NCBI GenBank assembly: GCA_977020255.1
Contig: CDROCS010001660.1
Location: forward strand, 1 to 64,000
Source of the DNA: Obrimoposthia wandeli
Taxonomy: Eukaryota
Direction of reading: 5' to 3'
Length of the DNA stretch: 64,000 nt
Shown: in pieces, positions 44,841 through 58,600 of the stretch
Position numbering within the stretch: the first letter of the stretch is position 1
How the letters are laid out: each line of letters opens with the position of its first letter
The notes under the pieces: model-generated
What the model was told of the DNA's origin: nothing
What the model saw: only the letters and a program-made list of their open reading frames with translations
Database searches by the model: none
Made by a program: the position numbers and the translations under genes

Positions 44841-46173
44841 TGTTCTGTTTGGGCTTTGTTAAGTTTTGAAAATATACTAAATTTGAATGTTAATGCTAGC
44901 GTAAATTAATTGAAAATGTTAAATGGCAATTTTTTAAAATCACAAATTAATTTCAATTTCTAAATATAAGTAAATTAACAACAAAAATTATACAGGGTGA
45001 TCCAAAATAACTACAACTTCATTTCCTATATTATTCAAGGTTAGAGACAGTTAGTATACCAAGATTTTTAATTAAAATTATGGTATGTGCGAATCACAAG
45101 TTGCTTCAATCTAAAGATATTATGATATTTATTACGCTAGCAATGTGTAAAAGCCTTGGGTACAAAATTCTCACTCAATTGAAAACTCGACCAAGAACTG
45201 AATTATTTGATTAATTGTAGGGGTCAACTGCAAAGGGAGGCGCGATTTTTTTAAAATAAATGCAATTTTCAAAATCACATTAAAAATGAGTCAAAAACAA
45301 CTACATTAAATTAAGAAAATATTTAGTTTTAATAAGCATTCTGAAATATTTAATTTATCGCAGTTTGAAGAAAAATACTATATTTCGCTTAAAAGTATGT
45401 AAATTGAATGTTTTATTGGTTACCCGTTTTAAATTTAATCCCATTATTTTTAGATGAATGGATAAATTTGTGTGTGGTTACAAGAGAAAATTCACTAATA
45501 ATGAAGATAGTGATGCTAATACTACTAAAGGTAGTGGTAATACAAGCAACACAGAAAAATGTGTTATATCCCAATAACAGGAAATGCATTTGCTACCATT
45601 CATTATTAGGATTCACAAGTGTTAAAATGTGTATATCAAATAAATTGAAACCTTGAAGAAGTCGAAAGATTATGTTGTTATATACATGTAAAAAGGGCCG
45701 GAGAGAAAAGCAAATCACGAAAGTAAACGGATAAAACAAAATTATCAATCCCAATAGTGGATTTATTGTGACCTCGATTGTAAAGAAATAAAGTAGACGT
45801 GAAACGTCAATCACTAAGATAAGTGATTATTTAGGAAAAGCAAATCAATTGAGATTCTATCGCAGATGAGGGACTTCAAGCCGTGATATCTGACTTGCTA
45901 CACAGCAGACACCGAGAGAAGCAGAAAAATTAATTAAATCAGTCATTTTAGGTAACCAATTAAAATATAATTGATGCAGTTTAAATTGTATGTGGAATTT
46001 GTTTAAATGCATCAAAAACACACACATAAATAAAGAATTCTGCCTTGTATAACTAGACAAGACCGACATTGATTTTTCACAAATAATTTATAAATATAAA
46101 AGAATCTCAACGAAGAAAATGGCGCAGAAACATGTACAATGAATAAAGTTTATGTTGTATAGCTTATTATACA

Positions 46174-47060
46174 ATGAAATTTAACATGGTAGCAGAGCAT
46201 AATTTTTGGGGTTTCAACCAATTAGTGATGGAACCAATATATAATGTATTTAATACAATTATAGCGAAACCTGTCGATGATGCAGTAACATTATCAAATA
46301 AAATGGGAATTAAATTAGATGCCGAAGAAAAAGCTCAATCATCAAAACATGTACTGAAGAGTATTATGAGAAAATGGTGATACATTGCTTGAAATGATTT
46401 GTATTCATTTGCCCAGTCCAGTTACTTCACAAAAATATCGAACTGATATGTTATACGAAGGACCATCAGATGATGAATTAGCTGTGGCCATGAAGACCTG
46501 TGATCCAAATGGTCCTCTTATGATGTACGGACAAGGGCAGATTTTATACTTTTGGAAGAGTAATTTCAGAAAAAGTTAAAACTGGGCAAAATGTCCGGAT
46601 CATAAGTCCAAATTACATAGTCGGAAATAAATAAGATTTTTATGAAAAGAGTATTCAAAGAACAACTCTAATTATGGGCAAATATGTTGAAGCAATTGAA
46701 GATGTGCAGTGTGAAAATATCAGTTGTTTTTTGGAGTTGATCATTATCTTGTAAAAACTGAAACATTAACGACGTTTACGGGTGCTCATAATCTCAGGGT
46801 AATGAAGTTTAGCGTGAGTCCAGTAGTACGTGTTGCCTTAAAACCTAAAAACCCATCTTATCTGCCAAAGCTTGTGGAAGGACTAAAAAGACTAGCCAAA
46901 TCTGACCCTATGGTCCAAATTTACACCGAGGAGTAAGGTGAGAATATAATTGCCGGTGCATGTGTATTGCAGTTAGAGATATGGTTGAAAGATTTGGAAA
47001 AATATCACGCTTGTGTTTCACTAAAAATGAGTGACCCCGTAGTTTCTTATATAGGCAGTG
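46174..47060 (+). pseudogene. eEF2: Translation elongation factor 2 pseudogene fragment
   Basis: [71 protein letters not shown]; several stops, frameshifts and small deletions. Confidence 0.92.
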
Positions 47061-48379
47061 TCGAACTCATGCTACAACAACAGACACCACTGACGGAGTT
47101 AAATAGAAGAGACGATTCTGTCAAAAACATAGCTTGTGATTGGGGAAACAAGACTGTTCTTGCTTCATAATATACAGTTCCCGGGAATAAAAAATGGTTT
47201 GAGAGTCTCCGCAGAATTAAGCAGACGCTATCAGTTCCCAAGGCCGATGATCCTGACAAAAGAATCTCTAGTCTGGCAAAGAAAAAAGATACAGTGATGG
47301 AGGACGGTGGTTGTGATAGTGATTCTTTTACATTCTACTGTGATCTTAAAGTTTGTGACTCTGAAAATATTATGGTTTCTAAAAATTTGATAGATGATAC
47401 GTGCCACTCGAGTTAACAGATCTTCCCAGACCTGTAAAGAGCTAGTCTCAAGAGGCAGGAGGACTAAAGAGTCTGAAAACGGGAGGCAGGTGAAAATATT
47501 AAAATATAATAATAATGAAAATAGTAAAGATAATAAAAGAAAAGCTGTAGAGAACAAAATTAGGAAAGAAAGAAATAGAAAGAGGGATAAAGTGGGAGAA
47601 GAAGATAGGACAAGCATATGGCTAAATAAATTAGTTAGGTGAGAAGAAAGAGAGAATGTTTTAGAAGAAATACGAAAACAGAACTTGAGCAAGGAGGTAG
47701 TAAAGGCAATAAAATATCAGCTACCTAGGATCAAAATGGAAAAAGTCTTAGAAAGACACAAAATAAGATCATCAATACAGTAGGTAAACTACACAAGAAT
47801 TGAAAGTTAGATGAAGAAGAAGAGCAGAAAGTAAAAATAACGATAGAAGAAGGAAAGGTCAGAAGAAAACAGGTTGACCAAGGTATCTCAAATGAAGAAT
47901 TGAAATATATCATAGCATAAGAAAAAAAGGTAACATTATCACAATAGCAAATAATGGAGGAAATGTATGAAGCAAAGTGGAGTTATGAAGGAAAAATTAT
48001 AAATGTAATCCAGATGACTGCAGCTCAAAAAGATAAGATGTTTTAATTAAATAAAAGTTTGAAAAATTATGTCTCACCTTTTGATTTTGAAAATATTCAA
48101 ATATTTATAAAAACATTTACAGAAGAAATCATAAGCGTTTTTAAGTCAATAGACACAAAAATAAAAAAGTTTAAAGAAATAATAAATGAAAAATAGGATT
48201 ACCTACTGAGATAAAAAAACTTAACCTTTGCATGAAAACAATTAGTAAATTAATTTAAGTTAAGATATTACAAAATAAATAAGGGAAATACATTACACCT
48301 CATACTTAAGTTAAAAGGAGGCTCAGATGATGAGAGAAGTTTAAATTATCATGAAGAAAGTTTAAAAAAGCATTGTACG

Positions 48380-51300
48380 AAAAATGATTTGAGAAAGCGC
48401 AACTAACAAGGACAAAAAAAATAGTGATTCAAGCTATGAGCAGCGGTAAAGAAACCGATCAAAGGATTATGAAGAGAACTTTGCGATAATATCACGAGAG
48501 CTAACAAGTTTACAAAGGTTAGCTTTTGGTTTAAAAATACAAGAAAAAGTAAATTAGTTAAAGAAAGAATTAGAAGAAATAAATAAGTTGCACAACAAAT
48601 TAGAAACATTGTTTACAGAATTCTTAAGAACAGATACAGAAAGCAGGGAGCATGCACAATGAGCTATCAGTCAAACAATATGAATGAATTTACAGAATTA
48701 AAAAAGTTAACATTGCCTATATTTAATGGTCAGATTTCAAATTATGAAAGTTTGAAAACAACATTTAATGAATTAATCGAAAAAAAGGGTAGTAAAAACG
48801 AACAAATTATTGCATATGCAACAGTATTTGGAATCGAAGCCATTAAAATTAGTAAAGAGTTAAGCATTATCAGAAAAAGCTTACGATAATGCACTAGAAA
48901 GACTAGAGCAAAGATATGAAGGTGACGAAAGAAATTATCTAGATGTATTGAAGGACGTTGATAAGTTAATAATAATTCAACATGACGAAGTCATAGAATT
49001 TGAAAAGTTGCAGAATTATTAGAAAGGACACTAGTAAAATTAAGAGGTTTGAACAAAGCTGAAGATTTAGGAAACAGTTACTTGTATCAAACAATCTTAA
49101 GAAAGTAACCTCGACCTGTTAGAATGATCAAGTTGGAAGAGATGAGAATGTAGAGAAAATTCTCTAAATGACATGCTGATATGGGCCCAGCTAAAAGACA
49201 GAAGATTTAAGGGAAGCTGAAAAGTATGTCAGGAAACTAAAAGAAACCCTAAACAAGGAGACATGTTTTTCTTCCAGGATATGTTTGCCATTTATTATAT
49301 CCATCAATTCCGACAGACATATTTTGATAACACACCAGAGAAAATAGTTCCAAAACAATTGAAATTAGCATCAGCAAGAACAGTTCCGGAAAAATGGAAA
49401 AAATGTCACAATTGTGGAGAAGCACATTATACTGATCAATGTTTTAAGTTTAAAGAAATGAATACAAAGAAAAGATGGAAAGCAGTCAAGCAGAAGAAGC
49501 TGTGTAATAACTCCCTAAAGCCAGGACACTTGGGCAAAGAATACAAAAGAGAATCATTATGTAAAATATATGGATGCAAAACCAAACATCATTGGCTATT
49601 GCATGTAAAGAATAATGGATCCAAAGATCAGACAAATTTCCACGTTGATAACAATTCAACTTTGATTTTAAGGACTGTACCAGTAATAATAAAGAACAGA
49701 GGGAAAGAAATAAAGTTCAAAGCTTTATTGGATGCTGTGAGCACTGTAAGCTATATTAACAAGACAGCTGCCGACTACTTAGGATAAGAAGATGAAGAAG
49801 TAAACATCCCGGTAGGAATCATCGGCGGACAGATTAAAAATTAAGAGTGTAAGAGGGTGTCATTTTTAATTCAAGATTTTAAAAAAAATTCAGGAGGAAA
49901 ATACAGGCGTTAGCGATAAAATAAGTCACGGGCGACTTACGAGTAGTTGATTGGAACAGCATCAACAAGAGAATGGAAACATCTACAAAATATCAAGTTC
50001 CCAGTAAGTGATAAGGGAAAAAGGTCGAAATGCTGATAGGAGCATATTTTTATTAAAATGCATAGAAGAGTTTAGGGACGATGGGGAGGGTTAAGGATCC
50101 GATAGCGCAAAAGATACCATTAGGGTGGACGTGTGTAGGTATAGAAAATTTAGGGAAGACGCAGAAATCAAACAAACTTTATCAGAAGTTATTTGGGTAA
50201 CACAGAATTAGATAGCTACGTCGATTTTGGGAAATTGAAAATATTTACGACGAAGCAAATACAATAAATAAGATAGATAAGCTAAGTTACGACAGTAGCG
50301 TAAAAGTGATGATAATATAAGAAGGAAAATATGCAGTTAAGATTCCATGAAAGAAGGAATTATGGAACTTCAAGTGAATAAGCAAATGGTAATGAGAAGA
50401 TTGCAAAGTTTGCAAAAAATATTAAGTAAAGATAATGAATTATCAGAAGACTACTCAAAGATCAAAGATCAAGTTTAGAAAAGATATGTAAGGTAACTTA
50501 AGAAAGAAGAGACACAATATGCACAATGGTATTACCTCATTTTCCAGTGATTAAACGGGATAGAAATACGACTAAAGTGAGGATAGTTTTTGACGCAGCC
50601 GAAAAAGAATGCAGAAAATGTTTAAATGATTTTATTGATAGCGGGTCAAAGCTACAGAGAGATTTGATGAAAATACTTCTCAGATTTCAAGAAAACAGAA
50701 TTGCATTGGCTTACGATATCACGGAAATGTATTTACAAATAAAATTAGATCGTTCTGATCGAAAATGGTTAAGTTTCTTATAGAACGATAAGAAAGGAAA
50801 TGTGTTAACTTATAAATATGAACGAATAGTGTTTTGTTTGAATGTATCGCCATTTTTGGTACAAATATTATCGAGGAAAATGCAGAAAAATACAAAGAGA
50901 AGTATCCAAATAAAGTGAGATTGATATTGGAAAACACCATATGGATGAAACATTGTGCTCCATAGATACGGAAGATCTAGCTAAAAGTACAATGTCTGAA
51001 GTGAAAGAAATATGTAAAGGAGTAAAAAGGGAAGCTAAAAATTAATAACGAGTAGCGAATAAATTAACAAACAGATCAAGCAAAGGTATTAAAGATAGAA
51101 AATGAAGAGTGTCAAGTTTAAACACAATTCAGTGGAATCCTAAAAAAGATTATTTCACGTTCAAAACAAAAGTGGTTTGTGGTATAAGTATCAGTAAGCG
51201 AGAATTTCTAAGTATCTTATCAACAGTATTTGACCCTTTAAGATTCGTGACTCCGTTTATTGTGAAGGCGAATATATTGATGCAAAACGTATGGTTGAGT

Positions 51301-52850
51301 GGATTAAGTTGGGATGAAAAGATCGTAGGAAACTTAGGGAAAGAGATAATGATGTGGCTTTCACAATGCAAATAATTATACTAAGTTCAAATTCAGATTT
51401 CGGTCAAAATAGAACAGAATAAAGAGAGAGATTTACGTCTTCAGAAGCTTATGGATCAGTTGCATATCTAAGGACAGGAAAAAGGAAAATAAAAGGTTGT
51501 GTTAGTAGGAGCAAAAAATTAAACACTGTTGAAAACGTTTAGTATTCCGAGATTGGAATTAATGGCTGCATGTGAAGGAATTAAATTAGAAAAGTGTTAG
51601 CAAGATCGTGGAATGAAGATTTTTAAAATTGATATTCTGGACAAATAATGAAGATGTGTTGTGATGGATTAAACAACCAGGTAGAAAATATAAACCTTTT
51701 GTAGCAAATAGAATTGGAAATTTCCTGGAAACAAATTATATAAATCAATGGAGACATGTATTGACAAAAGAAAACCTACCGGGTATTTTATTCCGAGGTG
51801 TAAATGTGAATTCAAGTGTCTCTATCAAGAAGTGGTGGGAAGGACCGGAATATTTAAAGAAAACAAAATAGATGTGGCCAAACAGAAAACAAGGCCATAC
51901 CATCCATTGGAAAAACAGAGAATTGATGAGAAACGTTGTGAATAAGTGATTTGATTAGTAATTTTCGTAGAATAGACCATTGTGTAAAATTGATTTGATT
52001 AGTGATTTGATTAGTGTTTTTTTTAGAATTGACTACTATTCTAAGCAAAAAATTAAACACTGTTGAAAACGTTGAGTATTCCGAGATTGGAATTAATGGC
52101 TGCATGTGAAGGAATTAAATTAGAAAAGTGTTAGCAAGATCGTGGAATGAAGATTTTTAAAATTGATATTCTGGACAAATAATGAAGATGTGTTGTGATG
52201 GATTAAACAACCAGGTAGAAATTATAAACCTTTTGTAGCAAATAGAATTGGAAATTTCCTGGAAACAAATTATATAAATCAATGGAGACATGTATTGACA
52301 AAAGAAAACCTACCGGGTATTTTATTCCGAGGTGTAAATGTGAATTCAAGTGTCTCTATCAAGAAGTGGTGGGAAGGACCGGAATATTTAAAGAAAACAA
52401 AATAGATGTGGCCAAACAGAAAACAAGGCCATACCATCCATTGGAAAAACAGAGAATTGATGAGAAACGTTGTGAATAAGTGATTTGATTAGTAATTTTC
52501 GTAGAATAGACCATTGTGTAAAATTGATTTGATTAGTGATTTGATTAGTGATTTTTTTAGAATTGAGCATTGTTTAAAATCGAACAATTAAGATAATTGT
52601 GAATTGATTTGATTAGTATTTTGTGTAGAACTAAACAGTAAAGATTTTGTATCAGAACTAAACAGTAAAGATTTTGTGTAAATGAAATGAACCAAACTAC
52701 GTGAGCTAGGGAACGTGTCACTATTATAGACTGTTAAGTATACGTATTTTTATTTAAAAGGAGTTCCTTGTTTACACTTTGTCAAATAAATAATTGTAAA
52801 CTACACCAATGTTTATCTCCTACGTGTTTAAAGAAGCGAACTCACCAATA
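48380..52850 (+). mobile_element. Decayed BEL/Pao LTR retrotransposon (gag, protease, RT, RNase H; integrase not seen)
   Basis: LTLPIFNG (gag), CHNCGEAH...LC...GH...C...GC...HH.LLH knuckles, ALLDAVST protease, LPHFPV..TTKVRIVFDAA RT, FDPL...WLSGLSWDE and IPRLEL RNase H. Many stops; boundaries approximate. Confidence 0.88.
51510..52566 (+). repeat. 534-bp tandem duplication inside the BEL/Pao remnant
   Basis: Copies start at 51510 and 52044; identical 65-aa ORFs at 51748 and 52282. Confidence 0.92.
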
Positions 52851-52930
52851 TATAGGCTAGCCGAGAGCTAACCACAAAACGGTGTTCCGAACCCCGGAGA
52901 AGCATTGTTAGCGTCGATTGGTTCCGACTC

Positions 52931-54590
52931 TGTTACGCATATTTCGGTAAAATGTTTCTAACCAGACCCCTTTTGAATAGATTACAGACCAGCCTAACCG
53001 ATTAATTAAAACAATCCAACACTACACTACATTAGTTTTATGGTTCCTTTTTAGTTATCCTGAACACAACTCCTTGTATACAGCATCAAACAAAAAACAT
53101 TAAAAAAACCTTAACATTTTTAGACTAGAATTCAGTTAAGAAAGAATAGGTAGGCCTCATCCAACAGCAAGCCTTATCGCTACAGAACTGACGTTGGGGG
53201 CCTCCGAGTGTGGATCTAGTTTCACAGAAACCCCAGCATATTAAATTGGTGCCCCGAGTGAGGATAGCTCGTCGGACACAGCGAATTCAGATAAAAAATA
53301 CATAATTGAGAATAAGTTATAGGAGAATAAGAGAATAAGAGTAGATAACCAATTGAGAATAAGTGAAGCGAGTCGAATAAGTTCATCGAGTAGGTATAAG
53401 AATTGAGAGAAATCGAGTTGAATAGGTTCTTCGAAGAGATAAGTTGATAAATCGAGTTAAATAGGTTCCTTGAATAGATAAATTGATATAGGAATTTGTA
53501 AAATAATAGATGAGTAATCGAGATATAAAAGATAAAAGTAATAAGAGAATCGAAGTCGTAAAGAGATAAGTAAATACGTAATTTATAAGACGGATAATCA
53601 AGGACCGGCGTTTAATACTAGAAGGCAGATACGAGTTGAACAGGTTTCTCGAACAGATAAAGAAGTTATAGAAGAATCTGAAAGAAACGTAAATCGGTCA
53701 GCAGTTTCAATCGACAGTTTTGATTTGACTGACTAATTTGGTGAAGTTAAGTAAGATATTGCAGCTATTGAAGTTGCGAATCAAGGAGATATCGAAATTG
53801 CCAATACAGAGATTGAGGGAATTAATTAGAATAAGAAGTAATTGAGGAAGGTATGGTCAACCCAGCGGTGAATATGGAACAGTTAGCACAAGCTTTGAAT
53901 ACGACGTTCAGACTCAACTTTACACGCTCACTGCAGATCGCAAAGTTCAAAGGAGATGAGGAAAGTATTTGTGACTTCTTCGCAAAATATTTGAGTTGAG
54001 CAGATGTTCAAGGATGGAACAATAGAGAAAAGTGTATTTGCGTACAAGCACATTTGACTTGATTAGCACTCGACGTGTATAAACATATGACAGAAGCAGA
54101 ACGTGAAATTGGGAAACATTGGAAACTGCTTTTATAGGAAAATTGGTATTGGGAGAACGGAATAAAAAACATTATGAAAGCGTGAATGAATACGCGTATA
54201 TTTTGAGAACCTTGGCAACACGAGCACACCCAAGGAAAGTGTTGAAATCTACTGCAGGTAAACCCGTTTTTGCAGATGTACAATTAGCAGAAGATAATCA
54301 AAATCAAGGCGAAATAGCATAGGTTTTGCTAGATATATTCCGAAGTGGACTGAAAAAAATATTAAAGTGTTATTAGCAGTATCGGATACAAATGATTTTG
54401 ATAGCGCAGTGCGAAAGGCGAGATAATTTGAGAAGAATATAAAGAATAATGCAGCGTTAGCGATTTACGCAGTGACGGAAAATGATGATAAGACAAAGTG
54501 TTTGTGAATAAAACAGAATCAAGAAATTTTCAAAGTCGGAATTATGGACAAAACTATGTTAGAGATCAAAATAGATTTACTGTATAACAT
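52931..54590 (+). mobile_element. 3'-truncated Gypsy element: 5' LTR, PBS, leader and decayed gag
   Basis: TGTTACG...CCCCAGCA putative LTR (start approximate), PBS at 53247, gag-like AKFKGDEESICDFF / WETLETAF / ESVNEYAYILRTLA. Confidence 0.75.
53247..53265 (+). promoter_or_regulatory. Primer-binding site complementary to the 3' end of an elongator tRNA-Met-like tRNA
   Basis: TGGTGCCCCGAGTGAGGAT; the reverse complement ATCCTCACTCGGGGCACCA resembles the animal elongator tRNA-Met 3' end (…ATCCTCACACGGGGCACCA). Confidence 0.7.
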
Positions 54591-55175
54591 TTCTAAAGTA
54601 AATTTAATTAAAATTTTCATTAAATATGTATATGAGGTCCAAACTACTTTTATATTCTTTATGCCGACTTTCATATTTGCATTTTAATAAAAAAAAAAAA
54701 ATTCTGTATGCGGTTTCTATAATATAAAATTATTGATATTGATCTTTGAGTTTTATTGAATAGTAAGTATTAGATTAATTTTCATCATGCGTATAAAACT
54801 ACTTATTTATCACTTTTAAAATTATTTTATTTCAAACATTCATGATAACTCTTTAAATATATTGTTAGACTGGAACTGGTTAAAATCTAAATTATACCTG
54901 CTATACCTGTGCAAATCACATTTATTTATACACAAACTATTATTTATTTTGAATAAATGTCATACTTAATAGACAATATTAAAACATTAAAGTTTGCGAA
55001 TAACAGATAATAGCAATAAAAAAAAACATTACACAATGCTAAAATTACAAATGGCACCCGATATATTTAGAAGCATATATTTTTTCTTCTCAAAATGAAT
55101 ATTAACTAAAAAATAAAATTTGAAACTAAAATAGTGTATTTCACCACTCTAAAACTAAATATTTGTGCTACTTAA

Positions 55176-55623
55176 TTATAATCCATAATAACGCTGACAA
55201 TCCTTCATGGCTTCACTGAATGCCGAGCACATTCCAATATCAGTCTCAGTATTCGAGCATTTCAACAAGTTGTCAATATGTTGTTGACACGGATTTTGTT
55301 GATAACCTTGTGAATAAGGTTGCGGAGGGTAATTTTGGACTGGTGCTGCTTGGACTTGATCTTGTTGATTATTTCCACCAGACAATGCTGCTCCAACCGT
55401 ATGACCAACTACAGATCCTATTGCTACACCACCTGCAGTAGCCGCCATCTGACCCATTAACCCAGGTTGCCTGGGCTGTTGGTAAGGTTGAGCAGCTGCA
55501 GGTGGTGGGGCCGCAGGTAGGTTAGACCTTTGAGGAGAGCGCATATTTCGCATTCCACCTGAACCGCTTCTTTGAAAATAACTATGACATATCTATACAT
55601 AATTATTACCTTCTTCTTGGCAT
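55176..55623 (-). CDS. CHCHD2: Mitochondrial CHCH-domain protein, CHCHD2/CHCHD10 (Mix17) family; two exons, 135 aa
   Basis: Exon 1 ATGCCAAGAAGAAG, 40-nt intron 55609-55570. MPRRRSGSGG..., GLMGQMAATAGGVAIGSVVGHTVG, twin CX9C (CQQHIDNLLKC / CSAFSEAMKDC). Confidence 0.95.
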
Positions 55624-58600
55624 TATAAATGGAAGCTTCAATATTACGATGGGAAAAACACAATCTTAATTACGACACATTAATTTCAAACTAAACAAAT
55701 TAAAAAAGGGAATATAAAAGTTATTCATGTGAATATTATCCGATTGTCTAAATGTGTAATCAAATCAATTACAGTAATTATTCACCTGTAAGGGTATTCA
55801 TTAAAACATGTTTTTGAGAGAGACCGACACCGAATCACTTATAGATGCATTATTTAAAAGCTTGGAAGGGTACTATTATAGGTGAAGCGTGAAATTTTCA
55901 GTGACCGGACACCCTTATAGGTGGGACCCCTTATAGGTGAATAATTACTGTATGAAACAGTTGTAAATATTTGAAATTTTAAATATATAAAAAACGTTTT
56001 TTGTAGAGTAAATAAATAATGAGATAATTGGTTGCAGTTAATAACCTTATGTATAAAAGTGGTGAATGTTATCAGAAATTTCATATAAATATTCATTATT
56101 TTATAAATCTTTACACAAAAACGATAAAAATACATAATAACTTTTTTATAATTAGTGTAGAAGAATTTTGAAACGAATTTTAAAAGATATATTAATAATT
56201 TTCAAATAATATAATTTTTATTAATTTATTAAAGATTATAGAAACAAATTAATTTGTTTTATATTGTGACATTATATTACTCATAAAAGTAATAATATTT
56301 ATTTTTTCAACTTTTGTGATATATTTTAGTTCATAGATTAAAAATCGCAAGAATTATACAGTAAATGCTCTGTTATATGAATATTTATTATAAAGATAAA
56401 AAAATATTAAAAAAGTTTTAAGTTTAAAGATGTAATTAAAACAATAAAATAAAAATATATATATTTAAGATTATTATGCACGTTTTAAAACATATATACA
56501 TTTTTAAAAATTATGATGTACAAAAACTGAAAGATAATCTATTTACATTAAATAAGTAAAAGAATAATATCCAAAGTTTACTTATTTTCAATTTATCCAC
56601 GCGAATATTCAACTGATTAACAAAAAAACACTGATTTCTTCTTATCATTACAAAATTATTGACATATTAAGAGCATCTAGAATAAATATCTTAATTTTTA
56701 CATTTTTAAAAACTGTTTGTTTAAAGTTTTATTTTAATTTCCATTTTTTAAACGAATATTCATCAAATTATTTTTTATATTCTATCAACATTTTTATAAA
56801 TTTTTTATTTCGTTTACAAGAACTATTTGTAAATTTGCCGTCACATAATAATTCTAATAATTCTTTTTTTTATATTTGTTGCAACTTTTCGATAATTTAA
56901 TATTAGGTAAACACAAATTGAACACTTGAAGTGCATGGTGACTGAACAGTCACTAGGTGTGTGACTGCCGAGACAGAAGCATATTTATGCTTAATTTAAG
57001 GCTGTGTTATTAAACAGATTAAGCAGCAAAAGTTAATTTTTAAAAATTAATTGAATGAGCTTCATATGCAGCATGATATAAATGGCAAGCTTGTATATAT
57101 AAATTATTGATATAGGGTTACAGTGGCAGCGTATCATTAGCCAATGGGGGAAATGTAGATTGTGAGCTGCATATGCAGCAAATAATGTTTAGTAACAAAT
57201 ACAACACCAATTTTGAAGTCAGTAATTGGCTGCATTATCTGCATTTTTATTATTTTTTAAAAATTGTTAAATAAAGCAACAAAAGATTGTTTTTTTTAAA
57301 TGATTTTTGTTAAATTTAATTATTGATTTTTAGCTTTAGCTTTTATATATATTTAAGATAAATGTTTTATTTATAGTTATGAAACTTTTACATTATTTTA
57401 TGATTTTCCAAAATAAAACGACAAAATATTTTTAAATATTCAAAACTTTAATCAATTTGATATGAAGACATTTTACTCTTTTTTTTGAGAATAAAATTAA
57501 GCAACTAGAATTTTAAAGTAATATCTTTATAATTCACGTCATAAAACTTTCTTGTTTTGGAAAGATATTAAAATTTATTTTAATTTTTTATATTAAGATT
57601 TTAAAGAAATTTATAATTTTTTAAAATAAATTTAACTGAAAAGGTATTTTCAAGGATTAAAAGAAATCCATCAAATGCTAACGTGTATTTTCGATAAATT
57701 CACTTAACAACAATTATATGAAGTAATCTTACGACGAAATAAAAACTTTATCATGTGAAATGAAAATAGTAAATTATAAAAATTATTCTTGAAAACAATG
57801 TTTAAATATTATTAAATTAATATAAACAGATTTTATAGAAACAAACAAAACTTATATTTATTTTAACATTTTGAAATAATTTAACAAGTTGTTAAATTTA
57901 ATATATATAAAGTTAAAATTTAAATTTGGTTAGTAACTAAAAATTATTTAACCAATTCTAATTAATATTAAAAATTGATAATAAGTTTCATAAGAAGTTA
58001 ATATCTGACAAGTGAGATTAAAAGAACAATATGATTTCACCTGATTTGTTTAACTAATAAAATTATATTATCATAAATATATGTAAGTTTATGTATGTTT
58101 GAATATATTTTCGTGATTATAACATTTTAATAGCCAGCCATAATGTAATAATGACCAATCAGCGTAATATTGTCAATTTAGAAGAACATAATTGTAATAA
58201 AAGTCAGTTTGTTGAATAAACTGAGTATGAAATCATGTTTAAAATATGGTAGCAATGGCATTGTTCAGTTATGTTAGTAGCAGATGTAACAGAGGCAAAA
58301 TATATTGAATTGAAAGAAAAGTTTCAGATACTAAAACAGAGTTTGTTCAAGATATTGCTATGATGGCTATGAACAATGTTGGTCAAAATATGAATTCTAT
58401 GCCAAGACAAATTACATACTCATGTGAGATTACATAATTGCTACGGACATCATATTTATCCAGATAGTATTGATATTGAATGATTGAATGTGTATGATTT
58501 TTTATTGAAAGTTTGAATGTATATAAATTTAATATATCTTGTATATATTTTTCTAGATGTTAGTGTAGTATCTCTATTGTGATTTTAAGGAATGTCTTTA

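Noticed and set aside
44991-45300. TA-CAGGGTGATCCAAAA, resembling a Tc1/mariner terminus
   Set aside because: No matching opposite TIR or transposase found nearby.
47231-47913. Hydrophobic Leu/Phe/Ser-rich minus-strand ORFs
   Set aside because: Reverse complement of A/G-rich decayed sequence upstream of the BEL gag; compositional artefact.
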